Source of the DNA: a virus
Taxonomy: Duplodnaviria > Caudoviricetes
DNA length: 64,000 bases
Reading direction: 5' to 3' (one strand)
Virus record (IMG/VR): IMGVR_UViG_3300020414_001395
Coordinates: 1,145-65,144 of that record
A model generated the notes under the pieces. It saw only the letters and a program-made list of their open reading frames with translations, did no database searches and was not told where the DNA came from. Of the stretch, positions 38,560 to 48,294 are shown in pieces. The position numbers and the translations under genes are program-made. Each line of letters begins with the position of its first letter. The first letter of the stretch is position 1.

Positions 38560-39984
38560 TTATCCCTCGATCAAGACGTGCTGGTTAGCAGCTCTCGTGA
38601 TCAAGTTGATCTCAGAACGGTAGTGGAAGGTCATAACGTCCTTACCAGCGTCACCGTTGGTGTGACCCATGATTCCACCGCCAGTCACCCAGTGCTCCAA
38701 CTCACGGCTGTAGCCGTTAGAAGCCTTGTAGTTCATCTCCAACGCAGGAGCCTTAGTTCCAGAGCGTGGGTCAGTAACTTGGGTCATTGGGCACATAGCG
38801 CCTTGGATCTTAGTTGACGCACCAGCCAAAGTTGGGTCGTTCAACAACTTCCAGTCGTGCTTGTGGAAAGTGTATCCACCGCGAGTAAATGACTTAAAGC
38901 CGAGCTTCACAGCCAAGTCAGCGTCGTTGTTAAACGCACCGAACTGACCAGCCAAGCCAGCAGTCACCTGAGTAGCGATACCTGCAGCCAACATGTCGTC
39001 GATAGCGAGGTCTTGCTTTCTGTTCAAGTACATAGCGTACTCAGCAGGAGCGCCTTGCTTATCCAACTCGATGATGATGTCGTCGAAGTTAGAGAGAGTC
39101 AAAGGAGCAGCGTCAGCGCCAGTAGCGACCAAACCTCTGTCCTTGATGGCAGCGAAGTAACCTTCAGAACCAGCGACGCCACCTGGAGCGCTTGCGTGAT
39201 CGTGCAACTCACCGTACAACATCATCATTTCTCTGCGGTCCTCGAAGCGTCTGCGAGCTTCCTGCTCACCGTGCATGAACCATCTGTAGTCGCCATTGCC
39301 AATGTTCACGTAACCAATATTGGTCGCCTGAGAGCCGTTGACTTGGTAGCGATCCTTGATAATCATGAATGGATTCTTGTAACGCTTCAGCTCTGCCTGC
39401 ATGAAGTGCTCTGGCTGATTAGAGCCTTGCTCGTACAAGTTTCCGAGCAAAATAAACTCCTGACCAGAAGTAGAATCATCAGAAGCAGAGAAAGCCTCAC
39501 CGTCCAAACGAGCGAGCTCAACAACAGCAGCGTCAGCGCCAGCGTCAGCTCTGTGGTCGTCCATGACCAAGTAGCGAATACCAGTGACAGCGTTCATGAT
39601 GACATCACGAGTCTGCAAGAACTTAGTCGTTGCTGGGTCTTCTGTTGAGTCAGAAGTAATTGCGAAGTCAACCTTGTAGGCAGTGCCTGAAGAGTAAGTG
39701 TAGCTCAATCCAGTGATGGTTCTGTGGCGACGACCTTCTTCGAAGTATTCGATTTGGTCAGCAGCGCCTGCGTTGTTCACAGCGCCAGTGAGCTTCAAGA
39801 AGCCAGTGATACCTTGGTCGCCGTAGGTCTTGATCAAGAGATCACGGACCTCAGGCTTATTGACATCATCAGCTCCAGTCAACAAGTCGTTGAGGGCTGA
39901 GTATTTTTCGGGTGCAGCTCTAAATGCTGGCTTATATGCAGCTGCTGCTACACCTCCTGTGGGAGTACTTGGGCTAGTTGCCAT
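38560..39984 (-). CDS. major capsid protein
   Basis: 474 aa after scaffold; IEYFEEG, FMIIKDRYQVNGSQ, FEDRREMMMLYGE, GSEGYF, GFKSFTRGGYTFH. Confidence 0.85.
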   Translation of the reverse strand: MATSPSTPTGGVAAAAYKPAFRAAPEKYSALNDLLTGADDVNKPEVRDLLIKTYGDQGITGFLKLTGAVNNAGAADQIEYFEEGRRHRTITGLSYTYSSGTAYKVDFAITSDSTEDPATTKFLQTRDVIMNAVTGIRYLVMDDHRADAGADAAVVELARLDGEAFSASDDSTSGQEFILLGNLYEQGSNQPEHFMQAELKRYKNPFMIIKDRYQVNGSQATNIGYVNIGNGDYRWFMHGEQEARRRFEDRREMMMLYGELHDHASAPGGVAGSEGYFAAIKDRGLVATGADAAPLTLSNFDDIIIELDKQGAPAEYAMYLNRKQDLAIDDMLAAGIATQVTAGLAGQFGAFNNDADLAVKLGFKSFTRGGYTFHKHDWKLLNDPTLAGASTKIQGAMCPMTQVTDPRSGTKAPALEMNYKASNGYSRELEHWVTGGGIMGHTNGDAGKDVMTFHYRSEINLITRAANQHVLIEG

Positions 39985-39997
39985 AGTTTCTTAGTTT

Positions 39998-41092
39998 TTA
40001 GATTTTGAAAGTCATGCGACCCCCATCACCCATGATTTGTTTTAGTTGGGAAATGACAGGGTCTGCATTTTGGTTTTGTTGTCCGACCTGCGGTGTCTGA
40101 GCTTGTACGTTAGCCGCCTTGTCCACAATGCCGCGCTGACCATCGCCCATGCCCTGCCGATAAGCAGCAGAAACAATCTTGTCGATGTTGTCAATCACAG
40201 CTCTGTGTGAAGAGAGCATATCGTAATCCCAGCTACCATCCTCTCGGACGTAAGGATCAAAGTACTCGTCAAGTCGAGAGTTCTTGTCAACGAGCTGAGC
40301 CTTGTAATCGTCATCAAGGCCAAACGTGAAGGTGTTGTCATTGCCAAGGTCGAATTCCAACCCTGTCATGGCATCAACTTCTGTGACCATGTTTTTGATC
40401 CAAGTCTCGTCAAAGACGTCTTTTGCGTCAGGTGAATCCTTTTTCTCAGGGGCCATGTACTCATTGCGCATCGTCTCGATGTTAGTCTTGGCCTTCTGAG
40501 CGTCAATCTTCATCTGAAGCTTTGACAGCTGAACCTCTTCCTCCGAGTGGAGGTCGGGATCCACTTTGTACTTGCTATTAACAAGAGTGTTGATTTCATC
40601 AGTAGTCAAGCTTGGGTACTCCGTGGCAAGGTCTACACGAATAGCGGTAAAGTCGTCCATCTCGGACGGATCAAGCCGCTGGTATGCAAACCAATCTTCT
40701 GGAGCCCTTCCAGTCTCTTCTACAAAGCGAGAAATCGCCTCTATTCTCTCGTCAAGAGCATTTTGTTGAGGTGCAGCCAAGGCGTCAAAGTCACTAATCT
40801 CTCTTCCGAGCCTCTCGCTCAGGTAGTTGAGAACAGCGCCTTCGATATCCTCGTCGGCATATTCCTCTTGTTGTTCTTGTTGTGGTTGCTCATTCTGAAA
40901 CTCTTGCTGAGGTTCAGCGGGAGCAGCGTCTGGGTCTACATAAGAAGTCTCTTGGACAGGCTCTGGCGAATGCTCTTGAGCCGCTTCTTGTACTGGGTTC
41001 TGAGGCTCTTGTTGAGTCTCGCGTTCCATGCTTGCCTGCAACTCTTCTGGAGAGGAGGCAATCTCAAAGTTGGTGATGTTAGTTTCTTCCAT
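39998..41092 (-). CDS. capsid scaffolding protein
   Basis: Very acidic, E/Q/P-rich N-terminus, directly upstream of MCP. Confidence 0.7.
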   Translation of the reverse strand: MEETNITNFEIASSPEELQASMERETQQEPQNPVQEAAQEHSPEPVQETSYVDPDAAPAEPQQEFQNEQPQQEQQEEYADEDIEGAVLNYLSERLGREISDFDALAAPQQNALDERIEAISRFVEETGRAPEDWFAYQRLDPSEMDDFTAIRVDLATEYPSLTTDEINTLVNSKYKVDPDLHSEEEVQLSKLQMKIDAQKAKTNIETMRNEYMAPEKKDSPDAKDVFDETWIKNMVTEVDAMTGLEFDLGNDNTFTFGLDDDYKAQLVDKNSRLDEYFDPYVREDGSWDYDMLSSHRAVIDNIDKIVSAAYRQGMGDGQRGIVDKAANVQAQTPQVGQQNQNADPVISQLKQIMGDGGRMTFKI

Positions 41093-41116
41093 CTTAAATT
41101 AAATTATTGGTTTGAA

Positions 41117-41485
41117 TTACTTGAGGTAGCACAAAATCTGATCTCCCGAAGCGCCTGTTACAGATTTGAAATCTCCGTAAATGGTGTTTCCTGCAGCAGA
41201 AGGCAGAGTAGTGCTTACGTCGCTTCGTCTTTCGTAAAAACCAGCGTCGTGAGTTGTGTTAAGATTGTTTCCAGTCCTCTGCCCATCTGGGGTGTCTGCG
41301 TTTGCAAGGTGCGTGTTTCCGTCAGAACCATTAGCTCCAAGCTGCTCAAAAATCCCAGCGGCTTTTACGCTTACCGTAGTGTTTGTAGTTGATATTACCT
41401 GAATGGCAAAAATATCTGCTGTAACAGTCTCTGCTCCGTTGATGAGTGCAAATTGCTTAGGAAAGGAGTGTGTTGGATGCGCCAT
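41117..41485 (-). CDS. hypothetical virion protein
   Basis: 122 aa, T/G/A-rich; GNTIYGDFKSV. Confidence 0.6.
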   Translation of the reverse strand: MAHPTHSFPKQFALINGAETVTADIFAIQVISTTNTTVSVKAAGIFEQLGANGSDGNTHLANADTPDGQRTGNNLNTTHDAGFYERRSDVSTTLPSAAGNTIYGDFKSVTGASGDQILCYLK

Positions 41486-41487
41486 GA

Positions 41488-41883
41488 TTATCCGAGTTTA
41501 GCTTGTGTATCGTCGACACCAAACACTGCGTACTCAATAGTCAATCCAGCCTTAGCTGCAAAGACCTTGTAGTCCAAGTCTGGGTAAGCTGGCAAAAATG
41601 CAAACTCACCACCAGAGATCTTGGCAATGTTGGTTGTTCCGACGTAAAGTGTTACTGTGTGCTCTTTCTCTGAGGCAAGGTTTCTGACGTAGACGTAGGC
41701 TACATCCGTCTTATCGTTGGCCTTAGCTACAGTTACAGCATCTGCACCCTGAGCTGTACCCAAAACTTTGCTCCTAATATTGTGCCCAGAATCCGCCTTG
41801 GCAGAAAGCTGAGCCTCAAGAGCAAATGGGTAAGAAAGGGCGTTTTGACTAGAAAGAGTAAAAGAAGCTCTTATACTAGCCAT
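41488..41883 (-). CDS. small beta-rich virion protein (paralogue family)
   Basis: MASIRASFTLSS...YVYVRN...GEFAFLP. Confidence 0.65.
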   Translation of the reverse strand: MASIRASFTLSSQNALSYPFALEAQLSAKADSGHNIRSKVLGTAQGADAVTVAKANDKTDVAYVYVRNLASEKEHTVTLYVGTTNIAKISGGEFAFLPAYPDLDYKVFAAKAGLTIEYAVFGVDDTQAKLG

Positions 41884-42278
41884 TATGCTTCAAAGATAAG
41901 AGCGTACTCTACTGTGAACTCCGTAGAAACACTAGGAGTGATCTTAACGTCAGTAGTGCCGTCCCATGGAACAAAAGCCCAGTCACCTCCATACAGTCTT
42001 CCGATTGCTTGCGACCCAAAGGTCAACGTAGCAAATTCAGTAGCGTTTGAGGAAACTACTCTGACATAAACCTTGTGAGCCTTGGAATCAGTGTATTCAG
42101 AAGCAAGGAACAAGGTGTACTGAGCAGTGGCGGTGGTAGTCTTTCTACCGACACCAGTTGTTTGATCAAGTCCAGTTGAGACACCCGCCTTCCTCAAAGT
42201 CGTAGTCTGATTCAAAGACAATACGTCTCCAGTCAGATCAGGGCTGTTGAGAGTAAGTGTTGCAGTGGTTGTAGCCAT
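41883..42278 (-). CDS. small beta-rich virion protein (paralogue family)
   Basis: MATTTATLTLNS...KVYVRV...GDWAFVP...VEYALI. Confidence 0.65.
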   Translation of the reverse strand: MATTTATLTLNSPDLTGDVLSLNQTTTLRKAGVSTGLDQTTGVGRKTTTATAQYTLFLASEYTDSKAHKVYVRVVSSNATEFATLTFGSQAIGRLYGGDWAFVPWDGTTDVKITPSVSTEFTVEYALIFEA

Positions 42279-42306
42279 TTTAGAAAAAGATTGTGTTTGT
42301 TTTCCG

Positions 42307-42314
42307 CAAATATA
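42307..42314 (-). promoter_or_regulatory. late-type promoter -7 element TATATTTG
   Basis: 28 nt before ATG 42278; heads the capsid operon. Confidence 0.55.
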
Positions 42315-42319
42315 GGGAT

Positions 42320-42568
42320 TTATCGTTTCTTCTTTTTCACTCGATACCTAGACACACGACCCTTCTCTCTCTTTTCCTTTCTGGCCCTAGCTTTCTCTGC
42401 TGCAGTTAGTTCCGACGCAGTAACTGGAGTTTTACTTGAAATCCTTTTCGTGGGGCGGAACGTCCTATCCCCCTTTGAATAATCCTTATCTCCAGAGAGC
42501 GTTCTCCAGTCCTCTTTGAACCAACGCTTCAAGTTGAGTCCAGCCTGTGTTTTTCTGACCTTAGGCAT
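42320..42568 (-). CDS. small basic protein
   Basis: LKRWFKEDW...FRPTKRISSKTP; K/R-rich. Confidence 0.7.
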   Translation of the reverse strand: MPKVRKTQAGLNLKRWFKEDWRTLSGDKDYSKGDRTFRPTKRISSKTPVTASELTAAEKARARKEKREKGRVSRYRVKKKKR

Positions 42569-42714
42569 TACTTCTTGCTCTTGTTTCCCCAGTTGGCAGC
42601 ACCAACCTTACGGCACTTGGCCAACGCTCCAGATGCGTAAGCAGAGGGCCATACGCTATAGCGAGCCTTCACCTTGTGATAGCAAGCATCCTTCTTTACT
42701 TTCATTTTAGCCAT
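42568..42714 (-). CDS. small basic protein
   Basis: DACYHKVKARYSVWPSAYASGALAKCRK; start ATG 42714. Confidence 0.7.
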   Translation of the reverse strand: MAKMKVKKDACYHKVKARYSVWPSAYASGALAKCRKVGAANWGNKSKK

Positions 42715-42892
42715 GGCTTGCAGTTTTAAATTTCGCTTTGGCAACCGCGCCTGGATGAGGCTTGTATTCACCCTTCATCAGGAAGTAGCGTCCACGCTCT
42801 TCCATCCAATGATATCCCTGAGGTGGATCAACAGAAACAGTCTTCTGTGACACCTTGAGCTTCCCGCCCTTATTGTACTTTACAGTTTTCAT
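42707..42892 (-). CDS. small basic protein
   Basis: KYNKGGK...PPQGYHWM; start ATG 42892. Confidence 0.65.
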   Translation of the reverse strand: MKTVKYNKGGKLKVSQKTVSVDPPQGYHWMEERGRYFLMKGEYKPHPGAVAKAKFKTASHG

Positions 42893-43191
42893 CAGCAGCG
42901 ACATCTCCACTTACGCAGAGCTTTGTTGATTCTTGAGTTAGGGTCTCTAGACGTCTTGGCACTAGTAAGCCTTTTCTTCATTCCGCACATGCGAGAACAG
43001 AAGGACTTTCTTCTACCAGCTCTTTTACCCTTAGGGTTTGATTCCGTGACAGCAGTCTTAAGCTTGCTTCCAGGGTTGGCTCTGCGGTACGCAGCAACCC
43101 CCTTGGCCGTGAGTCCACCAGATCTACTCTTGTGAACCCCCATCTTCATTTTGGGCATTACGGCCTTACGCTTTTTCTTGACTTTAGGCAT
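42892..43191 (-). CDS. small basic protein (DUF6321-like)
   Basis: GGLTAKGVAAYRRANPGSKLK...RRKSFCSRM...DPNSRINKALRKW; ATG 43191. Confidence 0.75.
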   Translation of the reverse strand: MPKVKKKRKAVMPKMKMGVHKSRSGGLTAKGVAAYRRANPGSKLKTAVTESNPKGKRAGRRKSFCSRMCGMKKRLTSAKTSRDPNSRINKALRKWRCRC

Positions 43192-43195
43192 AATG

Positions 43196-43203
43196 CAAAT
43201 ATA
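43196..43203 (-). promoter_or_regulatory. late-type promoter -7 element TATATTTG
   Basis: 4 nt before ATG 43191, fused to terminator. Confidence 0.6.
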
Positions 43204-43228
43204 AAAAAAGAGGCCGAAGCCTCTTTTT
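43203..43228 (-). terminator. intrinsic terminator (bidirectional-looking)
   Basis: AAAAAGAGGC-TTCG-GCCTCTTTTTTT. Confidence 0.8.
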
Positions 43229-43248
43229 ATACATTTCGCCACAATTAT

Positions 43249-44718
43249 TTAAGCGCCACCGACTACATGCTGAAGCTGATTACACACCCTTCTTGTAATC
43301 TCGCCTTTTATGAATGGGACAGACATCCCCGTATTAGCGGTTCCGTTGTCAGCGTCAAATAGGTCTAAGGTCCCAGTATTTTCTATGGTTACGATAAATA
43401 AATCGTAGGCTCTGTTGAGTGAGTTGTTAGAAGTAAAATTGATTTCGAAAAACTTATCAGTAAGCCCTGAGTTTGCAAAATTAGCAGCAGTGAGGTCATG
43501 GAAGCCCATCAGCTCCCACTCTATGCTGTCGGGGTCAGGCTGCTCCAGGCCGCCAGCTTGGGCGGTTTTGGCCTGATAGATTCTTATTCTTGCAGAAATT
43601 CCATCGTCGTCCAGATCGAGGCCTGAGGATGCGTAGCTGGGGGCAAAGAAGAACGCCATGGAAAAGGTGTAAATCCTATTCGCGTTGGCTACTCCTGGAA
43701 GAACGCCCTCGTTGTGATGACAAGATATCCAGGACGCACCCCCCATGTCATTCGACTGAAGGTTATCAATACGCATCGCCCCCACATTACTCACTGTCCT
43801 TATGAACGTGTCTCCAATATCTGTAGATTGTGCAGTACCGTATCTTACGCCCTTGTTGTCTTTGTCGTTTATACTGGGCATCGCAAAAGGAGATCCTCCA
43901 CTTATGCCCCAAGTCTCTGTGCCAGGAGGTATGGTACCTGACGTTGAACTAGCGGTTGTTGGGAAGAACACAACCTCAAATGGAGTTGTTACACCAATCT
44001 CATTTATCAGTCTGCGTCTCAAAGAAAACTGCTCAAAGGAATCATCCCCATAAAGAGTTATCGAATCGGTGTAAAATACAGGAGTAGCAGGAGTTCCAGC
44101 CAAAAGCTCGGCTTCAGTAGGCCTGCTTTTTATCAAAACTGCATGCTCACCTGCATCTCCATCCTGAATTAGGTTTATATAAAGCTCACCATCTTCTGAC
44201 CCTGGAGTAGCATCAGATATCTTCGCGCCTATTTCAGAGTAAACCCTTTGACTCCCTGAGGAGTTTTTTGCCTTGTACTCAAGCACACCAAGCTTCTGGT
44301 TGGTCGCGCCCGTGTTGGCTCTCATCAACCTCATTACGGGGCCCGCCGTGTCGTCTCCTGAATAAACATTGTTTGCGGTGAGGTCTGATTGAACAGCAAA
44401 CAAAGGTGTAATACCCAGAAAAGCGCCAGTTGCAGTAAAGTTACATATTGCCGTCTCGAAGTTCGTGGAGAGCAACGAGTTCATGTATATGCTGGTTGCT
44501 GGTGGAACGCCATTAGAATTTCCATCAGAAGCCGACATGACGAACCTCAGCGGAACATTAGAGGTAGATAGACCCTGAGCGGGCGGATTTTCTGATGTAA
44601 AATTAAGCGTACCGCCTGTTGGAATCTTAAAAGATCTAATCTGATCAGTCTGAACCTGATCTGCGCTTCCGAAGTTTGATGTGTTCTCTTCGAATGCTAT
44701 TTTCTTCCATGTAGCCAA
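43249..44718 (-). CDS. tail fibre/spike protein, putative (TTG start)
   Basis: MATWKKIAF; G/S/T-rich, 489 aa. Confidence 0.6.
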   Translation of the reverse strand: MATWKKIAFEENTSNFGSADQVQTDQIRSFKIPTGGTLNFTSENPPAQGLSTSNVPLRFVMSASDGNSNGVPPATSIYMNSLLSTNFETAICNFTATGAFLGITPLFAVQSDLTANNVYSGDDTAGPVMRLMRANTGATNQKLGVLEYKAKNSSGSQRVYSEIGAKISDATPGSEDGELYINLIQDGDAGEHAVLIKSRPTEAELLAGTPATPVFYTDSITLYGDDSFEQFSLRRRLINEIGVTTPFEVVFFPTTASSTSGTIPPGTETWGISGGSPFAMPSINDKDNKGVRYGTAQSTDIGDTFIRTVSNVGAMRIDNLQSNDMGGASWISCHHNEGVLPGVANANRIYTFSMAFFFAPSYASSGLDLDDDGISARIRIYQAKTAQAGGLEQPDPDSIEWELMGFHDLTAANFANSGLTDKFFEINFTSNNSLNRAYDLFIVTIENTGTLDLFDADNGTANTGMSVPFIKGEITRRVCNQLQHVVGGA

Positions 44719-44733
44719 CTTGAGAGGTCTTTA

Positions 44734-44883
44734 TTATTTGGACTCCTGAAGCTTGGCGAGTCTCTCAAACTCTTTCTCGATCTTTCCAATGATTACAGAA
44801 ACGCGCTGAGCGTCACTAATTTTGATGGTACAACCATCCAGTGCCTGCTTAACAAACACCACTTCGTCGATAGTCAACTTCAT
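44734..44883 (-). CDS. 49-aa protein (possible fibre chaperone; not in ORF track)
   Basis: MKLTIDEVVFVKQALDGCTIKISDAQRVSVIIGKIEKEFERLAKLQESK. Confidence 0.6.
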   Translation of the reverse strand: MKLTIDEVVFVKQALDGCTIKISDAQRVSVIIGKIEKEFERLAKLQESK

Positions 44884-44884
44884 G

Positions 44885-45049
44885 TTACTTTGAATTTAAT
44901 TGATTAGTGAGCTTGTTGACAATGCTCGCTAACAAATGTACGTCTTTTCCCCTAAAAGTAGACTCGCTAATCGCCCACAAAAGGTGTTCAAGCTCCTCAG
45001 AGCTCAAGGTATCAGTAGAAACCTCTTTGCTTTTTCCAATAAGACCCAT
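44885..45049 (-). CDS. 54-aa protein (possible fibre chaperone; not in ORF track)
   Basis: MGLIGKSKEVSTDTLSSEELEHLLWAISESTFRGKDVHLLASIVNKLTNQLNSK. Confidence 0.6.
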   Translation of the reverse strand: MGLIGKSKEVSTDTLSSEELEHLLWAISESTFRGKDVHLLASIVNKLTNQLNSK

Positions 45050-45058
45050 CGAAGTAAA

Positions 45059-46354
45059 TTATTCTGCTACCTGAAGCCAGAGTTGACCACCAGAATTTGA
45101 TGTAAACAACAAAGCACCTGGGTTAATATCAACGCCGTTACCATCTTCATCCATGGCACCACTCTGAACATACATTACACCCACACCATAGGCGGGGGCG
45201 GGGTTGGCACCAGTAGAAACTTCCTCTTGAGCGATCTTCCACCCAAGGACTGAGTTGTTGTTTACACCACCCTGATCGTATCCAGTATATATGAATCTAC
45301 CGAGGTTTGCGTCGGCTGCAGTCCCAACATCAACGACGATACCTGCGCCGCCAGCGGATGCAGCAGACTGACCGAAACTTCCTGAGGATGTTGTACCCTC
45401 TGCGATTCTGATCGTTGAATCAGCAATGGTGGTAACCGTTGAGTTTACAGTGGTGGTAGTCCCCGCAACAGTAAGGTTTGGAACGCTGAGGGTACTAGAA
45501 TTTACGTCATACGTAACGTTAGCCCCAAGAGATCTCGGGTTGTAGTAATTGGTTGATTCAACGGTACTGTCGTGTCCGAGAAGATTTACAGTTCCAGCAA
45601 GACCTGATGGTGAAGAACCAAAAGTAGAGTTGGCTTTTACGGTATTGGCACCTGAAGCTCTACCAGCGAGGTCGCCCTTAAATCCGTTTTTAGAAAACAA
45701 AGCAGCACGGCCAGCGCCGTCAGTCTCAGTCGTGAGGTTACCATCAGTCGCATTAAGGTCAGTTTGGTTCATGTGAGTGAACGTCACACCATTAGCATCA
45801 AAAGTAAGCTCGTCGGCATCTCCATAAACTGCTGCAGCTCCACTGGTAACATCGCTTGCAAAGATTACAGGAAGTGGGTTTGCTTGAGTGTCCCCGTTTT
45901 GGACGTTGAGCGTAGTAGCACCACCTGCCGACTGCCACTTCAATCCAGTGGCCTCGGTATCGTCAGCTGTAAGAACAAAACCGTTAGCCCCCACACCCAG
46001 GTGAGTAGCCTCTCCAGCCGAGGTATAGCTTATGAGCTGACCTTTGGTGCCGTCAGCCATTTTAGCCAAAGTGACAGCTTCCTCGGCTATCTTACCCGTG
46101 GTGATGGCGAGATCTGAGATAGTTACAGCACCACCAGCGGTGATTGTATCAATGTCTCCACTAAGCGAGACGGCGAAAGGTGTTGAGCCTGCGCCTTGCC
46201 CAACAGCAATTTGACCAGCAGCTTGATCAAGGGTTTGAAGGGCTGTTCCACTGCTTACAATGTTACCAGCGGGCAAAGAATCTGCCCCAGTACCACCGTT
46301 ACCAATGGGCACTGTGTCGTTGCTAGTAAATATCTGTTTCCAAGTTGCTGCCAT
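45059..46354 (-). CDS. tail fibre protein
   Basis: VPIGNGGTGA, ITTGKIAEEAVTLAKMA, GANGFVLTAD, NLTVAGTTTTVNST fibre motifs. Confidence 0.75.
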   Translation of the reverse strand: MAATWKQIFTSNDTVPIGNGGTGADSLPAGNIVSSGTALQTLDQAAGQIAVGQGAGSTPFAVSLSGDIDTITAGGAVTISDLAITTGKIAEEAVTLAKMADGTKGQLISYTSAGEATHLGVGANGFVLTADDTEATGLKWQSAGGATTLNVQNGDTQANPLPVIFASDVTSGAAAVYGDADELTFDANGVTFTHMNQTDLNATDGNLTTETDGAGRAALFSKNGFKGDLAGRASGANTVKANSTFGSSPSGLAGTVNLLGHDSTVESTNYYNPRSLGANVTYDVNSSTLSVPNLTVAGTTTTVNSTVTTIADSTIRIAEGTTSSGSFGQSAASAGGAGIVVDVGTAADANLGRFIYTGYDQGGVNNNSVLGWKIAQEEVSTGANPAPAYGVGVMYVQSGAMDEDGNGVDINPGALLFTSNSGGQLWLQVAE

Positions 46355-46359
46355 TTTAT

Positions 46360-47061
46360 TTAGTTTTCAACCCCCACAAAGTAAGAATCTTGTGTTTGAT
46401 CATAATAAAAACCTCCTGCATGGGGGGTGGGAGCAGAAGAGTGAGATGCAAATATAGCTGTTTTTTCTTCATTCAATGTGAAGGCCTTTTCTTGGACGCC
46501 AGAAGATGTTGAGGTAAAGAAATCTATTTTACCAGCAACCCCAGCGCCAGAGGCCCCCACCTGAGTAAAGTCTATTTTAGGTCCCTGCTTAGAACCACTG
46601 TTGACCTGTATTCTGCCCATAATGGCAGAATCAGCATCTTGAGTTCCTACAAAACTTAGCTGAGGTCCCTGCTTTTTAAGACTAAGCGTTGAGAACTCTG
46701 GGTCTCCTGTCCATCCAGCATCGTAGTTGTCATCAGAGAGCTTGACCAAAGCGTTGTGCTCAAAGCCTCCACTAGGTATTCCGTTGGTGGCAGACAGTCC
46801 TGCCCAGTTACCCTCTGTCTCCCATTCAGAATCAGAGTTAGATGAGCTGGTATATACGTATGGGGTATCACCCACCACAGCTAGATACCCCTTAGTTCTG
46901 TACCTAGAAGTTATGGCCGATCTGCTAGAAATGTTTGTGAATACGCCAATGCCCTTGACAGGACTCTTACCAGTTTGATTAAACTGATTAGATCCGTCTG
47001 TAAGGTCTAGTACGGGGTAGGCCTGGTTAGAGTGCCTAACTTGTCCTGGAAACTCTGGCAT
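46360..47061 (-). CDS. tail-associated protein
   Basis: 233 aa in fibre cluster. Confidence 0.6.
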   Translation of the reverse strand: MPEFPGQVRHSNQAYPVLDLTDGSNQFNQTGKSPVKGIGVFTNISSRSAITSRYRTKGYLAVVGDTPYVYTSSSNSDSEWETEGNWAGLSATNGIPSGGFEHNALVKLSDDNYDAGWTGDPEFSTLSLKKQGPQLSFVGTQDADSAIMGRIQVNSGSKQGPKIDFTQVGASGAGVAGKIDFFTSTSSGVQEKAFTLNEEKTAIFASHSSAPTPHAGGFYYDQTQDSYFVGVEN

Positions 47062-47062
47062 A

Positions 47063-48292
47063 TTAGTTTAGCTTTACGGTGAGGGTAACTCCACTGTTAA
47101 AGGCACCAGTGTCGTTCGTTCTGTAAATATAATAACTGACTCCTACACCGTTAGAATTGGTTGCTGTGAACGTCCCATCCAAAACAAAGTCTGCCGTTAC
47201 ATCTGTAGATTGATTTTGGGTAACAGACTTAAGTGTCCCAAAGTCTGATGGAATCAACAAGAAAGTGTGATTACTGTCATTTTCATTGTCGACCGTCGTA
47301 GTAAGGTTAAACGATGATGAGCCTGGATCAGATTGCAATACCTCTGAAGAAAAATCAGCATAAACAGCAGTTGCAAGAGAATTTGAATCAACAACAGACG
47401 ACCCAGTACAAAGCCTTGTCGAATACCTCCAGTTAAAGTTGAAGATGTTACTCGTAATCGTCTTAGACGGAGAGGCACCCGACCCAACATCCACTAGCTG
47501 CATCTTAAAAGAGTCAGTAGCTGGAATGTTGTTTGTCGTAGCGTAAGAGGGGCTGAGGCTCAATCCCGTCTGTGTCGTTCTAGGCATGTTGGTCTGCCGA
47601 ACCTCATTGTCCATCAACAGCTTAACAGAGTTGTTTTGAATAAACTCAAAACTCTTGTCAATAGTGTATCCTATGGTAGATAGTATGATGGTAGAACCAA
47701 CTTCTACATTTTTACCTGACGTCATAGTCTGCGAGGATCCGTTGATAGAGCCAGTGAACCTATCTATTGTAAGAGTCGTGTACTGATAAGGGTTCAGTAT
47801 GCTATCAAGCACGCTTGTTATGCTGGTGCCTGCCTCGAAAGTAGAGCTTAATATGGTGTCAAAAGCCCCGTCGGTGTTGGTTACCTGTATCGCAAAGTCG
47901 AGAGCTTCGTCGCCAGGCCCTCCAGTGCCTGACTGATCAGCAAACTGAAAGTTATTCTCACCCTGGTTGTACACCAGGACCTGATTGCTTGTAGGGTCAC
48001 CGACGACATCAGCTAGATCTCTAAGCCTCATAGTGCCAAAAGCAGGGATGGCAGTAGCGACCTCAATCGTATTGAACAGTTCTTTTACTGTAGATGTAGT
48101 GCTAGACGCACTTGAGACAGCAAGAGATACTGAATCAGAGGATATGGATATAGACTCAGAAGAGGGGGAAGCTATATCTATTGAAAACGAGTTATCTGCA
48201 GCAGCTACTAATGTAGATACTGGAGCATCGTTAGCTATCGTGATTGATGCAGAAGAGCCACCACTCACCGTAATGGTCGGAGCATCTGCCAT
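47063..48292 (-). CDS. tail-associated S/T-rich protein
   Basis: LRDLADV...NQVLVYN fibre-like motif; 409 aa. Confidence 0.6.
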   Translation of the reverse strand: MADAPTITVSGGSSASITIANDAPVSTLVAAADNSFSIDIASPSSESISISSDSVSLAVSSASSTTSTVKELFNTIEVATAIPAFGTMRLRDLADVVGDPTSNQVLVYNQGENNFQFADQSGTGGPGDEALDFAIQVTNTDGAFDTILSSTFEAGTSITSVLDSILNPYQYTTLTIDRFTGSINGSSQTMTSGKNVEVGSTIILSTIGYTIDKSFEFIQNNSVKLLMDNEVRQTNMPRTTQTGLSLSPSYATTNNIPATDSFKMQLVDVGSGASPSKTITSNIFNFNWRYSTRLCTGSSVVDSNSLATAVYADFSSEVLQSDPGSSSFNLTTTVDNENDSNHTFLLIPSDFGTLKSVTQNQSTDVTADFVLDGTFTATNSNGVGVSYYIYRTNDTGAFNSGVTLTVKLN

Positions 48293-48294
48293 AA

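Noticed and set aside
40547-41392. 281-aa plus-strand ORF
   Set aside because: Antisense shadow of the scaffold gene; Leu/Ser-rich with no motifs.
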